The position numbers were made by a program, and so were the translations under genes. Shown in pieces: positions 1-8,610 of a DNA stretch of 32,000 bases. Under the pieces are notes generated by a model. It saw nothing but the letters and a program-made list of their open reading frames with translations. It had not been told where the DNA came from and made no database searches. The DNA comes from Microcystis aeruginosa NIES-2549 (lineage in GTDB: Bacteria > Cyanobacteriota > Cyanobacteriia > Cyanobacteriales > Microcystaceae): assembly GCF_000981785.2 (NCBI RefSeq), contig NZ_CP011304.1, positions 2,070,001-2,102,000 of the forward strand, read 5' to 3'. Every line of letters starts with the position of its first letter. Within the stretch, counting starts at the first letter, position 1.

Positions 1-156
1 CATGTAACTTATAGTCTATAATAATAATTGGCTGAAGGCAACTTTTAAAAATGAGTATCCCCAGCAAACCTGAAAGCGATCTTTCCTGTCAACCCAGTCG
101 CGGTGACAACCCACCGTTTACAATAGTTAAGAACCAACGGCAAGCAAGAATTAACG

Positions 157-2592
157 ATGCGGATTTCGATCAACTGGTTACGAGAATTAGTCAAAATTGT
201 CCAATCTCCCCAAGAATTAGCCGAATTATTGACAATTGCGGGAATAGAAGTGGAAGAGATCGAGGATCGCCGAGAATGGGCAAAGGGTGTGGTTATTGGT
301 AAAATTATCGATCGCCAACCCCATCCCAACGCAGATAAATTAAGTGTCTGTCAGGTGGATATCGGTCAGGAAAACCCTAGTACAATTGTCTGTGGTGCGC
401 CCAATGCTAGGGCTGATATTCTAGTTCCCGTGGCTACTTTGGGAACTCATTTACCAAAAATCAATTTAACGATTAAACCGGCTAAATTGCGGGGGGTAAA
501 ATCGGAAGGGATGATCTGTTCCCTCGCAGAATTAGGATTAACTAAGGATTCTGAAGGAATCCACATTTTTAGTCAGGAAAATCTCCCTTTAGGTACAGAT
601 GTTCGTCCCCTTTTAGGACTCGATGAGGTGATTTTAGATATTTCTCCCACCGCTAACCGTGCCGATGCTTTGAGTATGATCGGAGTTGCGCGAGAAGTGG
701 CGGCTTTGACAGGAGGAGAATTAAGCCTACCAAAAGTGAAATTAGGGGAATTTTCCCCTAAAAAAGATTTAACGCTGGAAATATCAGAAAATACAGCCTG
801 TCCTGCTTATATTGGTACGGTGATCGAGGGGGTAAAAATTGGCCCATCTCCGCTATGGTTGCAACAGCGTTTACAGGCAGCCGGACTGCGATCGATCAAT
901 AATGTGGTCGATATTACTAATTATGTCCTCTTGGAGTGGGGACAACCTTTACACGCTTTCGATCGCGATCGTTTACAAAGTTTTGCCGGAGGTAAATCCG
1001 TTACTATTGGGGTCCGTTTTGCCGAGGAAGGGGAAAAAATTATTAGCCTTGATGGTCAGGAAAGAAGCTTAAAAGAGCTTAATTTGTTAATTACTGCCAA
1101 TAATAAGCCGGTAGCTTTAGCGGGGGTGATGGGAGGTCAAGATACGGAAGTTAACGAGGAAACCGTTAATCTTGTGCTAGAGTCGGCTTTATTCGATCCG
1201 ATCGCTATCCGTCGTTCCTCAAAAGCGCAGGGTTTACGCAGCGAATCTTCTGGACGCTATGAACGCGGTGTTAATCCCGCCGCTTTGGAATATGCTTGTC
1301 AAAGGGCGATCGATTTAATTCTAGAGTTAGCTGGGGGAACTGTCAGCAGTCAGGTTAAAGCTGATTATCGTGCCGATCAGTCCAGTCGTTTGATCGAATT
1401 GCGTTTAGAACGTTTGCAGCAGCTACTGGGTCAAGTTACCCTAGATAATGGTGCGATCGGTGAAATTCTCGCCGAAGATGTGGAACGGATTTTAGGCAAT
1501 TTAGGCTGTGAATTGCAGTTAACCTCGAAAAATCCTGTTCTGTGGACTGTGACAGTGCCAGACTACCGTTATCGGGATTTAGAACGAGAAATTGACTTAA
1601 TTGAAGAAGTGGCGCGACTGTACGGATATGATCGCTTTGTCGATACTTTGCCAGCAAAAACCGCAGCCGGAGGATTATCCTTTGAGGAAACTATACAGCG
1701 TCGGGTACGGGAAGCTTTTCGCGCAGTGGGTTTGACGGAATTAGTCCAGTATTCCCTAGTTAAACCGGAATTAGCGGAAGTTGTCCTCGCTAATCCCCTT
1801 TTTGTCGAGTATTCTGCTTTGCGGACTAATCTCCTCGACGGTTTAATCGAAGCGTTTGAGTATAATCAGTCTCAGGGTAACGGTTCCTTAAATGGCTTCG
1901 AGATCGGGCGAGTTTTCCGCTCAGAATCGGATAATATCAACGAATACGATGCGATTGCTGGCATTTTTGGCGGTGATTTCTTCCCGGCCGGACGTTGGCT
2001 GCGATCGGGTAAAGAGGTGGCCATGACTTGGTATGAAGCAAAAGGCATTTTAGAAGCAGTATTCGATCGCCTTTCGCTGACAGTAAGCTACGAAAAATAT
2101 GCCGAAGATGCGCGTTTTCATCCCGGACGAACAGCCTCTTTATGGATTGGTAAACAACGACTAGGAATTTTTGGTCAACTACACCCGCAATTGCGTCAGC
2201 AAAAGGGATTAATTGAGGCAGTTTATGCCTTTGAAATCCGGTTCCCGATCCTGTTAGCAACTCTTAGCGATAGTGCCAAAATTACCCCGCGTTTACAGGT
2301 CTATTCTACCTATCCGGGGGCAGCACGAGATATCGCCTTCTTTGTTTCTACAGATATACCCGTAGATAGATTGACAAAAACTATCAAAAATGCTGGGGGA
2401 ACTCTTTTAGAAAAAGTCGAATTATTCGATCGCTATCAGGGGCAGAATGTGCCAGAAAATCATTGTAGTTTGGCCTTTAGTTTAGTCTATCGTGCCAGCG
2501 ATCGAACTTTAACCGATGAAGATGTGGAACCCTTAATGACAAAAGTGCGAGAAGCTTTAGTTAAACAGTTCCAAGTTTCTTTAAGAAGTTAA
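157..2592 (+). CDS. pheT: Phenylalanine--tRNA ligase beta subunit
   Basis: 811-aa ORF. It has the N-terminal tRNA-binding (OB) start '[12 protein letters not shown]', B3/4 and B5 regions, and a C-terminal ferredoxin-fold anticodon-binding tail ('FDRYQG...[20 protein letters not shown]'), all typical of bacterial PheT. Confidence 0.95.
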   Translation: MRISINWLRELVKIVQSPQELAELLTIAGIEVEEIEDRREWAKGVVIGKIIDRQPHPNADKLSVCQVDIGQENPSTIVCGAPNARADILVPVATLGTHLPKINLTIKPAKLRGVKSEGMICSLAELGLTKDSEGIHIFSQENLPLGTDVRPLLGLDEVILDISPTANRADALSMIGVAREVAALTGGELSLPKVKLGEFSPKKDLTLEISENTACPAYIGTVIEGVKIGPSPLWLQQRLQAAGLRSINNVVDITNYVLLEWGQPLHAFDRDRLQSFAGGKSVTIGVRFAEEGEKIISLDGQERSLKELNLLITANNKPVALAGVMGGQDTEVNEETVNLVLESALFDPIAIRRSSKAQGLRSESSGRYERGVNPAALEYACQRAIDLILELAGGTVSSQVKADYRADQSSRLIELRLERLQQLLGQVTLDNGAIGEILAEDVERILGNLGCELQLTSKNPVLWTVTVPDYRYRDLEREIDLIEEVARLYGYDRFVDTLPAKTAAGGLSFEETIQRRVREAFRAVGLTELVQYSLVKPELAEVVLANPLFVEYSALRTNLLDGLIEAFEYNQSQGNGSLNGFEIGRVFRSESDNINEYDAIAGIFGGDFFPAGRWLRSGKEVAMTWYEAKGILEAVFDRLSLTVSYEKYAEDARFHPGRTASLWIGKQRLGIFGQLHPQLRQQKGLIEAVYAFEIRFPILLATLSDSAKITPRLQVYSTYPGAARDIAFFVSTDIPVDRLTKTIKNAGGTLLEKVELFDRYQGQNVPENHCSLAFSLVYRASDRTLTDEDVEPLMTKVREALVKQFQVSLRS

Positions 2593-2757
2593 ATTCAGCG
2601 ATCAATTATCAGTTATCAGACATCGACTTTATATTATCTCAAGAATAATCTCACACATCGCTATCAATATCGCTGATTGCCTCTAATTGTTACCAATCAG
2701 TTTAAGAGGTTGGAATGGTTCTTTTTTAGACTCGATCTCCTCTAAGAAATATTACAA

Positions 2758-4107
2758 TCAATCGCTTTTGATATACGCTTTAAAAATAGATGATAATTGA
2801 AATCGGTTTTGCTCCCTTTGAATTAAATAACGTTGTTGCAAGGATTGTAAACCATTGATTAAATCACTAGCAGATAAATCTAGGTTATTTTTTAACTCCT
2901 CTCTAGATAAAGGTTGATTAACTTTACTTAATTCTAAGGCGATTTGTTGGGCAAGGGGAGAACAGCGACCAAAAATTTGTTTTAAATGAGACTGCATTTT
3001 TTTAGTAATAACTAAGCTATTTTCTGCCAAGAAATCATTAACCTTGCCATCAAAAACATCTTTAATCAAAACGGCAATATCAGTTAAATAAAAAGGATTA
3101 CCTTCGTATAATTGAATTAATTCTAACCATCTTTCCCCATCTTGTAAACCTTTATTTTCAAGAAAATCAATCGCTTCAAATCCTGATAATTCTAAGCATT
3201 GAATAGGAGAATTTTCTTGATTAAGATAGTTCATTTCCGCCGATTTTTCTTGACTAATGAGAATAAAATGGCTCTGGTGTTGGATTTCTGCAATCAGTTT
3301 TAAAAAATGTTGATAACTACTATATTCAGGTTGATAATTACCCGCCATTTGACCAACAGCAAAAAGATTTTGAAAATCATCTAAGACGATTAAACATTTA
3401 TGATTGCTTAGAACTTCTAACAATTGCTGGATTTTATTATCGGTGCTTTCTTTCGGTTCTTTTTGGCAAGTATTCAATAAATCATTTAGCCATAAATCTA
3501 AAGACTTAGGAAATTTTAAACTTTTCCAAATCACCACTTCAAATTGTTCTAAATTGAGATCAATAAATCGTTTAACTAGGGTGGTTTTTCCTATTCCCCA
3601 TAATCCCAAAACGGCAATTAAGCGAGTATTTTGCTTAAACACCCAGTTCGAGATTGTTGCCAGTTCATTTTCTCGATCATAAAAGTCAATAATTTGGGGA
3701 GCAAGGGTTAGATCATGATAGATTGATTCAGATTGAGAGTTATTATTACTATTTAAGTCATTTTCGTTATACAATCTTGTATTTTCTGTAGGACAAAGAT
3801 TATTATTATTGCCATTAATACTATAAATATTAGAATTTTTTAATGATTTAATATACACTCTTTCTAAGACAGAACGGGAAGTAGATTTTTTTATATCTTT
3901 TTCTAAAACCTCTGATAAAAGCTTCCATAATTTAGCACCTTCCTCTCTAATATGAGTCTCACTGCGGTGATATTCGTTACCTATTTCTTGATAACTCTGT
4001 CCTTGCCAACTCCCTTCAAAAATAGCCTTCTGGATAGTATTTAGCGGCTTTTTATCTCGCTCAATAAGGCGTTCGTCAATCAGTTGTAAGACTTCCGTGA
4101 TATTCAT
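2758..4107 (-). CDS. STAND NTPase of the NB-ARC/APAF type: N-terminal HTH-like module, no C-terminal repeat sensor
   Basis: 449-aa ORF. Walker A 'GLWGIGKTTLVKRF', Walker B 'CLIVLDDFQN', an 'ILISQ' hhhTTR-like motif and an 'EGNPFYL' GxP motif. The N-terminal ~80 aa ('LNTIQKAIFEGSWQGQSYQEIGNEYHRSETHIREEGAKLWKLLSEVL') resemble the sigma70-r4/LuxR-like HTH module common at N-termini of cyanobacterial STAND proteins. An Asn-rich low-complexity linker follows. There is no WD40 or TPR tail. Confidence 0.75.
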   Translation of the reverse strand: MNITEVLQLIDERLIERDKKPLNTIQKAIFEGSWQGQSYQEIGNEYHRSETHIREEGAKLWKLLSEVLEKDIKKSTSRSVLERVYIKSLKNSNIYSINGNNNNLCPTENTRLYNENDLNSNNNSQSESIYHDLTLAPQIIDFYDRENELATISNWVFKQNTRLIAVLGLWGIGKTTLVKRFIDLNLEQFEVVIWKSLKFPKSLDLWLNDLLNTCQKEPKESTDNKIQQLLEVLSNHKCLIVLDDFQNLFAVGQMAGNYQPEYSSYQHFLKLIAEIQHQSHFILISQEKSAEMNYLNQENSPIQCLELSGFEAIDFLENKGLQDGERWLELIQLYEGNPFYLTDIAVLIKDVFDGKVNDFLAENSLVITKKMQSHLKQIFGRCSPLAQQIALELSKVNQPLSREELKNNLDLSASDLINGLQSLQQRYLIQREQNRFQLSSIFKAYIKSD

Positions 4108-4353
4108 ACAATCGACACAGCAAAAGACTTTTGGGTATTATAGCCCAACTAAATCCCACTTTTTCCAATTTTCAGAAAAATTTACCCGACAAAACTCCCG
4201 ATAAAATCCGATGTTTAGGGGTTGTCACTTTTTGGAAGCGTTTGGCATGATGGAATGTAGTTAAGCAAAACAGACCTAAAACTAACCACATCTAACTCAG
4301 CGACGCTAGTTCTAAGTATTATTGCTTATGTCTCAGTTTAACGTAGGTATTTT
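4108..4353. promoter_or_regulatory. Divergent intergenic region between the STAND gene and the plus-strand island genes
   Basis: 246-bp non-coding gap between head-to-head genes, so it must carry at least the STAND gene promoter. I could not assign -35/-10 boxes with confidence. Confidence 0.3.
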
Positions 4354-4539
4354 ATGACGAAGTTCGTTTTAGACAAATATGCGCTCGATTCTAAAAAATC
4401 AGAAGCTAAGGCAAAAATCGTCGGTTCATTGGGTTCAAATGCCTCAATTTCAGGGGATCAGATAGAAGTCCCCAGTTATGACGCGAGTAAAGTGGTTCAG
4501 ATTTTAAGTCAAGTTGGTATCAAGTATTCGGGGGGGTAG
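4354..4539 (+). CDS. Hypothetical 61-aa protein ending in Gly-Gly
   Basis: ATG-initiated ORF in the island. The C-terminus is '...IKYSGG' followed by a stop. The last codons lie in a G7 homopolymer (4530-4536). I recognise no family. Confidence 0.4.
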   Translation: MTKFVLDKYALDSKKSEAKAKIVGSLGSNASISGDQIEVPSYDASKVVQILSQVGIKYSGG

Positions 4540-4664
4540 ATTCAAATGTCGGACATTGTTAATCACTCAAAAATATCAATGTAGCAGATCAAAACTGAAT
4601 CTGTCGTAAAGTTTACGATGCACAATCCAAGATAATTTTTACTCAACCCTAAATAATATTAGTC

Positions 4665-5021
4665 ATGAAAAGCAAAACAAAAAAACTAACTATGGTTTTT
4701 ATTTTGACAACCATTATATTCAATTCTCAAATTTTATTACAACCAAAAATTTCTAATGCGCAAACAGCTACTAAAAGGTTGTGTTGGGATGCGTATTATT
4801 CATATCTAAACACTAATGTTGGCGACGGATATATTGTTAGTAGTTCTACTCAAAAAGCAACTTATATGAATATGGTTTTTAGATGTGCAGAAAATTATCT
4901 AAATATGGTAGAGAAGGATTCTCGATACTGTCGTGAGGCCTTAGAATACGCTAACATGATATTACCTAACTTAGCAACAGTATTAGCATCACAAATTATC
5001 TTTAAATGTACAAATCGTTAA
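4665..5021 (+). CDS. Small secreted Cys-containing protein (hypothetical)
   Basis: 118-aa ORF with a Sec-type signal peptide ('MKSKTKKLTMVFILTTIIFNSQILLQPKISNA|QT'). The mature part of ~85 aa has 4 Cys. It lies 16 bp upstream of the next gene. Confidence 0.55.
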   Translation: MKSKTKKLTMVFILTTIIFNSQILLQPKISNAQTATKRLCWDAYYSYLNTNVGDGYIVSSSTQKATYMNMVFRCAENYLNMVEKDSRYCREALEYANMILPNLATVLASQIIFKCTNR

Positions 5022-5037
5022 CAAGGGAATCTCGAAC

Positions 5038-6507
5038 GTGCTTCAGAAATTTAAGAAACGTGTAAGTAAATTATCGCTATTCATCATATTATTACTATTT
5101 CAGATAGTTAGTTTTACAACAACAGTCAATGGAACTAGAATTTTACTAGGCCATTTAGACCTATTAGGAATAGGCTCATTCAAATTTCCAGCTTATCTTT
5201 TTTTTGGATTAGGCATTCAGCTATTTATATTGTGGCTTTTTTTATTGGGTGAACACGCACTAAGATCACGTTTTACCTTATGGTTATTAGTTTTTGTTTA
5301 TACATTGCTCAGTATCTATACAAGCTTTTTCTCTCTTTACGAAGGCATTAGTCGAGAAAAATTATCAGAAACAACTTCTGCTATAAAACAGAGTGAGGAA
5401 ATCGTGAGACTTATCCAAGCTAATAAAAAATATCAAGATCAGAATAATCGCTACTCGGAACTTGAAGAGGAGATAAAAAATGCAGAAGAAGACAGAACAG
5501 ATATCTGTAAAAGAGAATTCGGCGGATTCTACGGTTGTGAAGATGATCCACGAAAAATCGCAATTGACAACAAGATAAGTACACTCAAACAGGAAAGGGG
5601 GAAGTTAGCGGGGAAAGTTAAGACGTTTAATGATTTTCTTAAAAATAAAGGAGAAAACTTTGGCAAATGGACAGCCGAAAAAATTTATCTAGAAAATGGA
5701 AAGGTTATATCACTTTTCTCTGAAGAAATTCCCCAAAATACTCGAGAGGAGCTAGAAAAACAAGCAGGAACGCAAAATTTCTTTTTATTACCTTTTGTAA
5801 AACTGCTGGAAGGAGATAAGAATGCAATCTTTGCTGTTTTTATTGCCTCTATACTAGACTGTACATCAGTTTTAATCGGACTTAATCCAGAAACAATTAA
5901 GAGAGATAGATTTAGAACCGTTATAAATGCTCTTATTTTGGTAAAAAATAAAACAACTCTGGGAATAAGAAATTTCTTACCCCATCTAATCGAAGTTACT
6001 GGTCATACAATATCTACTATTGTTCGTTCTATTGCTGGACTCCCTAATGGAATTATATATGGTGTACTTGCAGGACTTCAAAGAACTTTTCAGATTTTTA
6101 TCCGTACAAATAACACCTTTACAATTCGAGGAAGAAGACAAGATTTTTTAGAAAATTTATGGGATAGTATTGATCATTTTAGAATTGGTTCTATCAATAG
6201 TCAAGATCATCAAGGTCATGTAATAAATTGTAAAAAACTGATGTTATCTTCTCAAGATAATCAGTCATTTAAACGTGGATATGAAAAAATTCTTAATAGA
6301 ATGGAAAGGTTAGAATGGGTTCAAAGAATTAGACACAGTAATGACACCAAATTTGAAATTCTAGAGTATGAGAAATTTGAGCAATGGTATTTAAAAGAGC
6401 ATAACAAAAGATTCGATCAAGAAAGACACGATATGTCAGGAGTTAATACTTTTAAAACAGTTATCTATCTCCCTCCAATTTCTCGTAAAAAAACAAACAA
6501 AAACTAA
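5038..6507 (+). CDS. Polytopic membrane protein with a central coiled coil (hypothetical)
   Basis: 489-aa ORF with a GTG start. There are three N-terminal hydrophobic helices (about aa 12-30, 50-72, 78-100). A charged heptad-rich segment follows (about aa 105-200, 'KKYQDQNNRYSELEEEIKNAEEDR'). Two further hydrophobic segments are 'IFAVFIASILDCTSVLIGL' and 'IAGLPNGIIYGVLAGL'. The C-terminal domain is basic. Confidence 0.65.
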   Translation: MLQKFKKRVSKLSLFIILLLFQIVSFTTTVNGTRILLGHLDLLGIGSFKFPAYLFFGLGIQLFILWLFLLGEHALRSRFTLWLLVFVYTLLSIYTSFFSLYEGISREKLSETTSAIKQSEEIVRLIQANKKYQDQNNRYSELEEEIKNAEEDRTDICKREFGGFYGCEDDPRKIAIDNKISTLKQERGKLAGKVKTFNDFLKNKGENFGKWTAEKIYLENGKVISLFSEEIPQNTREELEKQAGTQNFFLLPFVKLLEGDKNAIFAVFIASILDCTSVLIGLNPETIKRDRFRTVINALILVKNKTTLGIRNFLPHLIEVTGHTISTIVRSIAGLPNGIIYGVLAGLQRTFQIFIRTNNTFTIRGRRQDFLENLWDSIDHFRIGSINSQDHQGHVINCKKLMLSSQDNQSFKRGYEKILNRMERLEWVQRIRHSNDTKFEILEYEKFEQWYLKEHNKRFDQERHDMSGVNTFKTVIYLPPISRKKTNKN

Positions 6508-6539
6508 ATTTTAAAATTAAGTTCCAAAAGAGGTTTACC

Positions 6540-7631
6540 ATGAAAATGCAAGAAAGAGAATGTTCTAATCAAGGCGAGACTCTAGGCATGGGGTTTGATT
6601 CCTTAAAAAATATTCTCTTACCCAATAGTGCTATAGATTTGAGTAATGTTAATGAAGATAGCATACAATCTGAACAAGTTCCCGTGGAAGAGTCTTGTTC
6701 TTTTGCTCATATAGAAAATGAGGCTATGCTATCAAAGTCATTAAGCCTTTCTGCAAACATTGATTTTAAAATTGGAGGTGAGGGATCTGGACTGGACATT
6801 CCATGTATTTTATCTGCAAGTGCAAAAGGAGGTTATTTTAGAAGTGTAGAAATGAAAGAAAATAATTTATATATTCTGCTCAACTATCAGTTGAAGAATA
6901 CTGCTTACAGAATTACGCACCCCAAGTTATCGGCTGAAGCAGAAAATATTCTATCTAATTCTTCTGATTTTTTGGAGTTCAGGAAAAAATTTGGAGATGA
7001 ATTTATTATTGGTTTTAGAACAGGTGTTGAATACACTGCATGGATAGAAGTGTTAGATATAAAAAATAATGAAAAAGAGAAAACATATTTGAAAATTAAT
7101 TCAGCAGTATCTGAATTATTAGCATTATTAGGAATACCCACCCAACCAATTGATGGCAATCTTCAAAATGATTCAGAACAGACTCTCAAAAACTATTCTA
7201 GTAGAACTTTATGTTTCAAGAGACCTCCGAATATAAATGAAAGTGGTGTGATTTTAACTCTAGATCGGTTAATTTTTGACTTTATAGATTTTAGAAAACA
7301 AATTTCGAGTTCGAGTAAAAAGCATTATAAATATACTGCGGTTTTTGCAGATTATGATCAATTAGTTGAAGTCCGTCATGATATTTTAACACCAGAACTA
7401 AAACGCCTTAAATCTAAACTAAACCGATTGAGAGGTATCAAAATACAAAAGCAAATTCAATTGTTAGGAATACAAAATCAATTAAGATTTCAAGGACAAG
7501 ACCTTGAATTAAATGAGCAGCTTAGAAAATTATATAATTATGTTTATGAGTTAGATGATTTTATGAACGAGTGTTTATTTCTTCCAGACTCTATGACTGA
7601 TGAAAGATATAAACTATACCTAAATTCATAG
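6540..7631 (+). CDS. Cytoplasmic protein with MACPF/perforin-like motifs and a C-terminal coiled coil (putative pore-forming effector)
   Basis: 363-aa ORF with an AGAGG RBS 8 nt upstream and no signal peptide. 'TLGMGFDSL' matches the LGxG[YF]D first-strand motif of MACPF domains. 'DFLEFRKKFGDEFIIGFRTGVEY' aligns with the [YF]GTH[FY]x6GG signature region in degenerate form. The domain call is inference from motifs only. Confidence 0.6.
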   Translation: MKMQERECSNQGETLGMGFDSLKNILLPNSAIDLSNVNEDSIQSEQVPVEESCSFAHIENEAMLSKSLSLSANIDFKIGGEGSGLDIPCILSASAKGGYFRSVEMKENNLYILLNYQLKNTAYRITHPKLSAEAENILSNSSDFLEFRKKFGDEFIIGFRTGVEYTAWIEVLDIKNNEKEKTYLKINSAVSELLALLGIPTQPIDGNLQNDSEQTLKNYSSRTLCFKRPPNINESGVILTLDRLIFDFIDFRKQISSSSKKHYKYTAVFADYDQLVEVRHDILTPELKRLKSKLNRLRGIKIQKQIQLLGIQNQLRFQGQDLELNEQLRKLYNYVYELDDFMNECLFLPDSMTDERYKLYLNS

Positions 7632-7666
7632 ACCTGTAAAGTGAGTACTAATCTTGTAGCACAATC

Positions 7667-7720
7667 GCTTTTCTTATCGGGTGCATTATACTTTGTTAAT
7701 GCACCTTATTTGTTGTCTAT
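7667..7720. repeat. Hairpin repeat family A, copy 1 (hairpin flipped)
   Basis: 'cgcttttcttatcGGGTGCATTAtactttgtTAATGCACCttatttgttgtctat'. The flanks match copies at 8555-8610 and 10582-10638. The 8-nt loop is the exact reverse complement of the loop in copy 3. Confidence 0.85.
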
Positions 7721-7813
7721 AATTTAAAAGATTGAGATAAGGGCAGTTTGTTGGGTTGATTTTGCGTTAAAATTAAGTTAGATATGTCTTAATTAATAAA
7801 ACTTAGCAAGACA

Positions 7814-8053
7814 ATGAATACTTCGATTACTTTTCAAGAAATTGCCGCCGAAATTCAATTATTTGATAATATTGAACAAAAAGAACAATTTATTTTTGTA
7901 GTGGGTGCTTTAGTTTCTCGCATCATCAGTCTTCATAAAGCCGCAGAAATCATGGAAATGGATACAGAAATGTTCTTGAAAATTTTAGAATTAATGGGAA
8001 TCGATTTTTCTTATCTTACTACAGAAGACATAGATAGAGAAAAAAAATGGTAA
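7814..8053 (+). CDS. UPF0175-family antitoxin-like protein
   Basis: 79 aa. 'ISLHKAAEIMEMDTEMFLKILELMGIDFSYLTTEDIDRE' matches the UPF0175 HTH core. It overlaps the downstream DUF3368 gene by 7 nt. Confidence 0.8.
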   Translation: MNTSITFQEIAAEIQLFDNIEQKEQFIFVVGALVSRIISLHKAAEIMEMDTEMFLKILELMGIDFSYLTTEDIDREKKW

Positions 8054-8523
8054 TCTCTATGAAAATTGTTTTCAATTCTTCCCCTTTAATCTTTTTGTCT
8101 CAGTTAGGATTTTTAGAAAGATACCTAGATTCTAATGATAATTTTTATTTGCCTGCAACCGTACAACAAGAAATTAATGCCAAACAAGATCAATCTTCAG
8201 AGACTCTTAATAAGCTGATCAATCAACAGAAATTAATTATCCTAAATATTAAATTAATCTCTCTAGCAAATAGTTTAAATGAACGTTTAGGAAAAGGTGA
8301 ATCTGATGCCATTACTTTAGGAATAGAATTACAAGATGACTTTGCAGCAAGAAAAGAAGCACTACACTTAGGCTTAAATGTTAAAGGAACTTTAGCGATT
8401 ATTCGTAAACTTCTCAAAGAAGGAAAGATAGAAATTGAAAATTTGGAGAGTTTTTATCAAAGACTTAGAGAAATTAACTTTAGAGTCAAGCGTGAGATAT
8501 TTGAGAGCATTTTTGGAGACTGA
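8047..8523 (+). CDS. DUF3368-family PIN-like nuclease (putative toxin)
   Basis: 158 aa. 'VFNSSPLIFLSQLGFLE', 'LGKGESDAITLGIEL..DDFAARKEALHLGLNVKGTLAIIRKLLKEG' and 'INFRV' are typical of DUF3368, the usual partner of UPF0175. An alternative start is Met5 at 8059. Confidence 0.8.
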   Translation: MVISMKIVFNSSPLIFLSQLGFLERYLDSNDNFYLPATVQQEINAKQDQSSETLNKLINQQKLIILNIKLISLANSLNERLGKGESDAITLGIELQDDFAARKEALHLGLNVKGTLAIIRKLLKEGKIEIENLESFYQRLREINFRVKREIFESIFGD

Positions 8524-8554
8524 GTGTGATACTGAAGGCACTGCGTAGCAGCAC

Positions 8555-8610
8555 GCTTATTTTGTCGGGTGCATTAACAGAGTATAATGCGCCTTATTTC
8601 TTGTTATTGA
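8555..8610. repeat. Hairpin repeat family A, copy 2
   Basis: 'gcttattttgtcGGGTGCATTAacagagtaTAATGCGCCttatttcttgttattga'. It overlaps the stop codon of the minus-strand 60-aa ORF. Confidence 0.8.

Noticed and set aside
45-329. 94-aa minus-strand and 83-aa plus-strand ORFs upstream of and overlapping the pheT start
   Set aside because: They are low-complexity translations with no recognisable motifs. They overlap the well-supported pheT start and each other, so they are most likely chance ORFs.
4185-4212. Reverse-complement match ('ttttgtcgggt', 'ttttatcggg') to the left flank of hairpin family A inside the divergent intergenic region
   Set aside because: It is only an ~11-nt match with no adjacent hairpin, so it is compatible with chance in AT-rich DNA. 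It might be a degraded copy marking an island border, but that is not supportable by eye.
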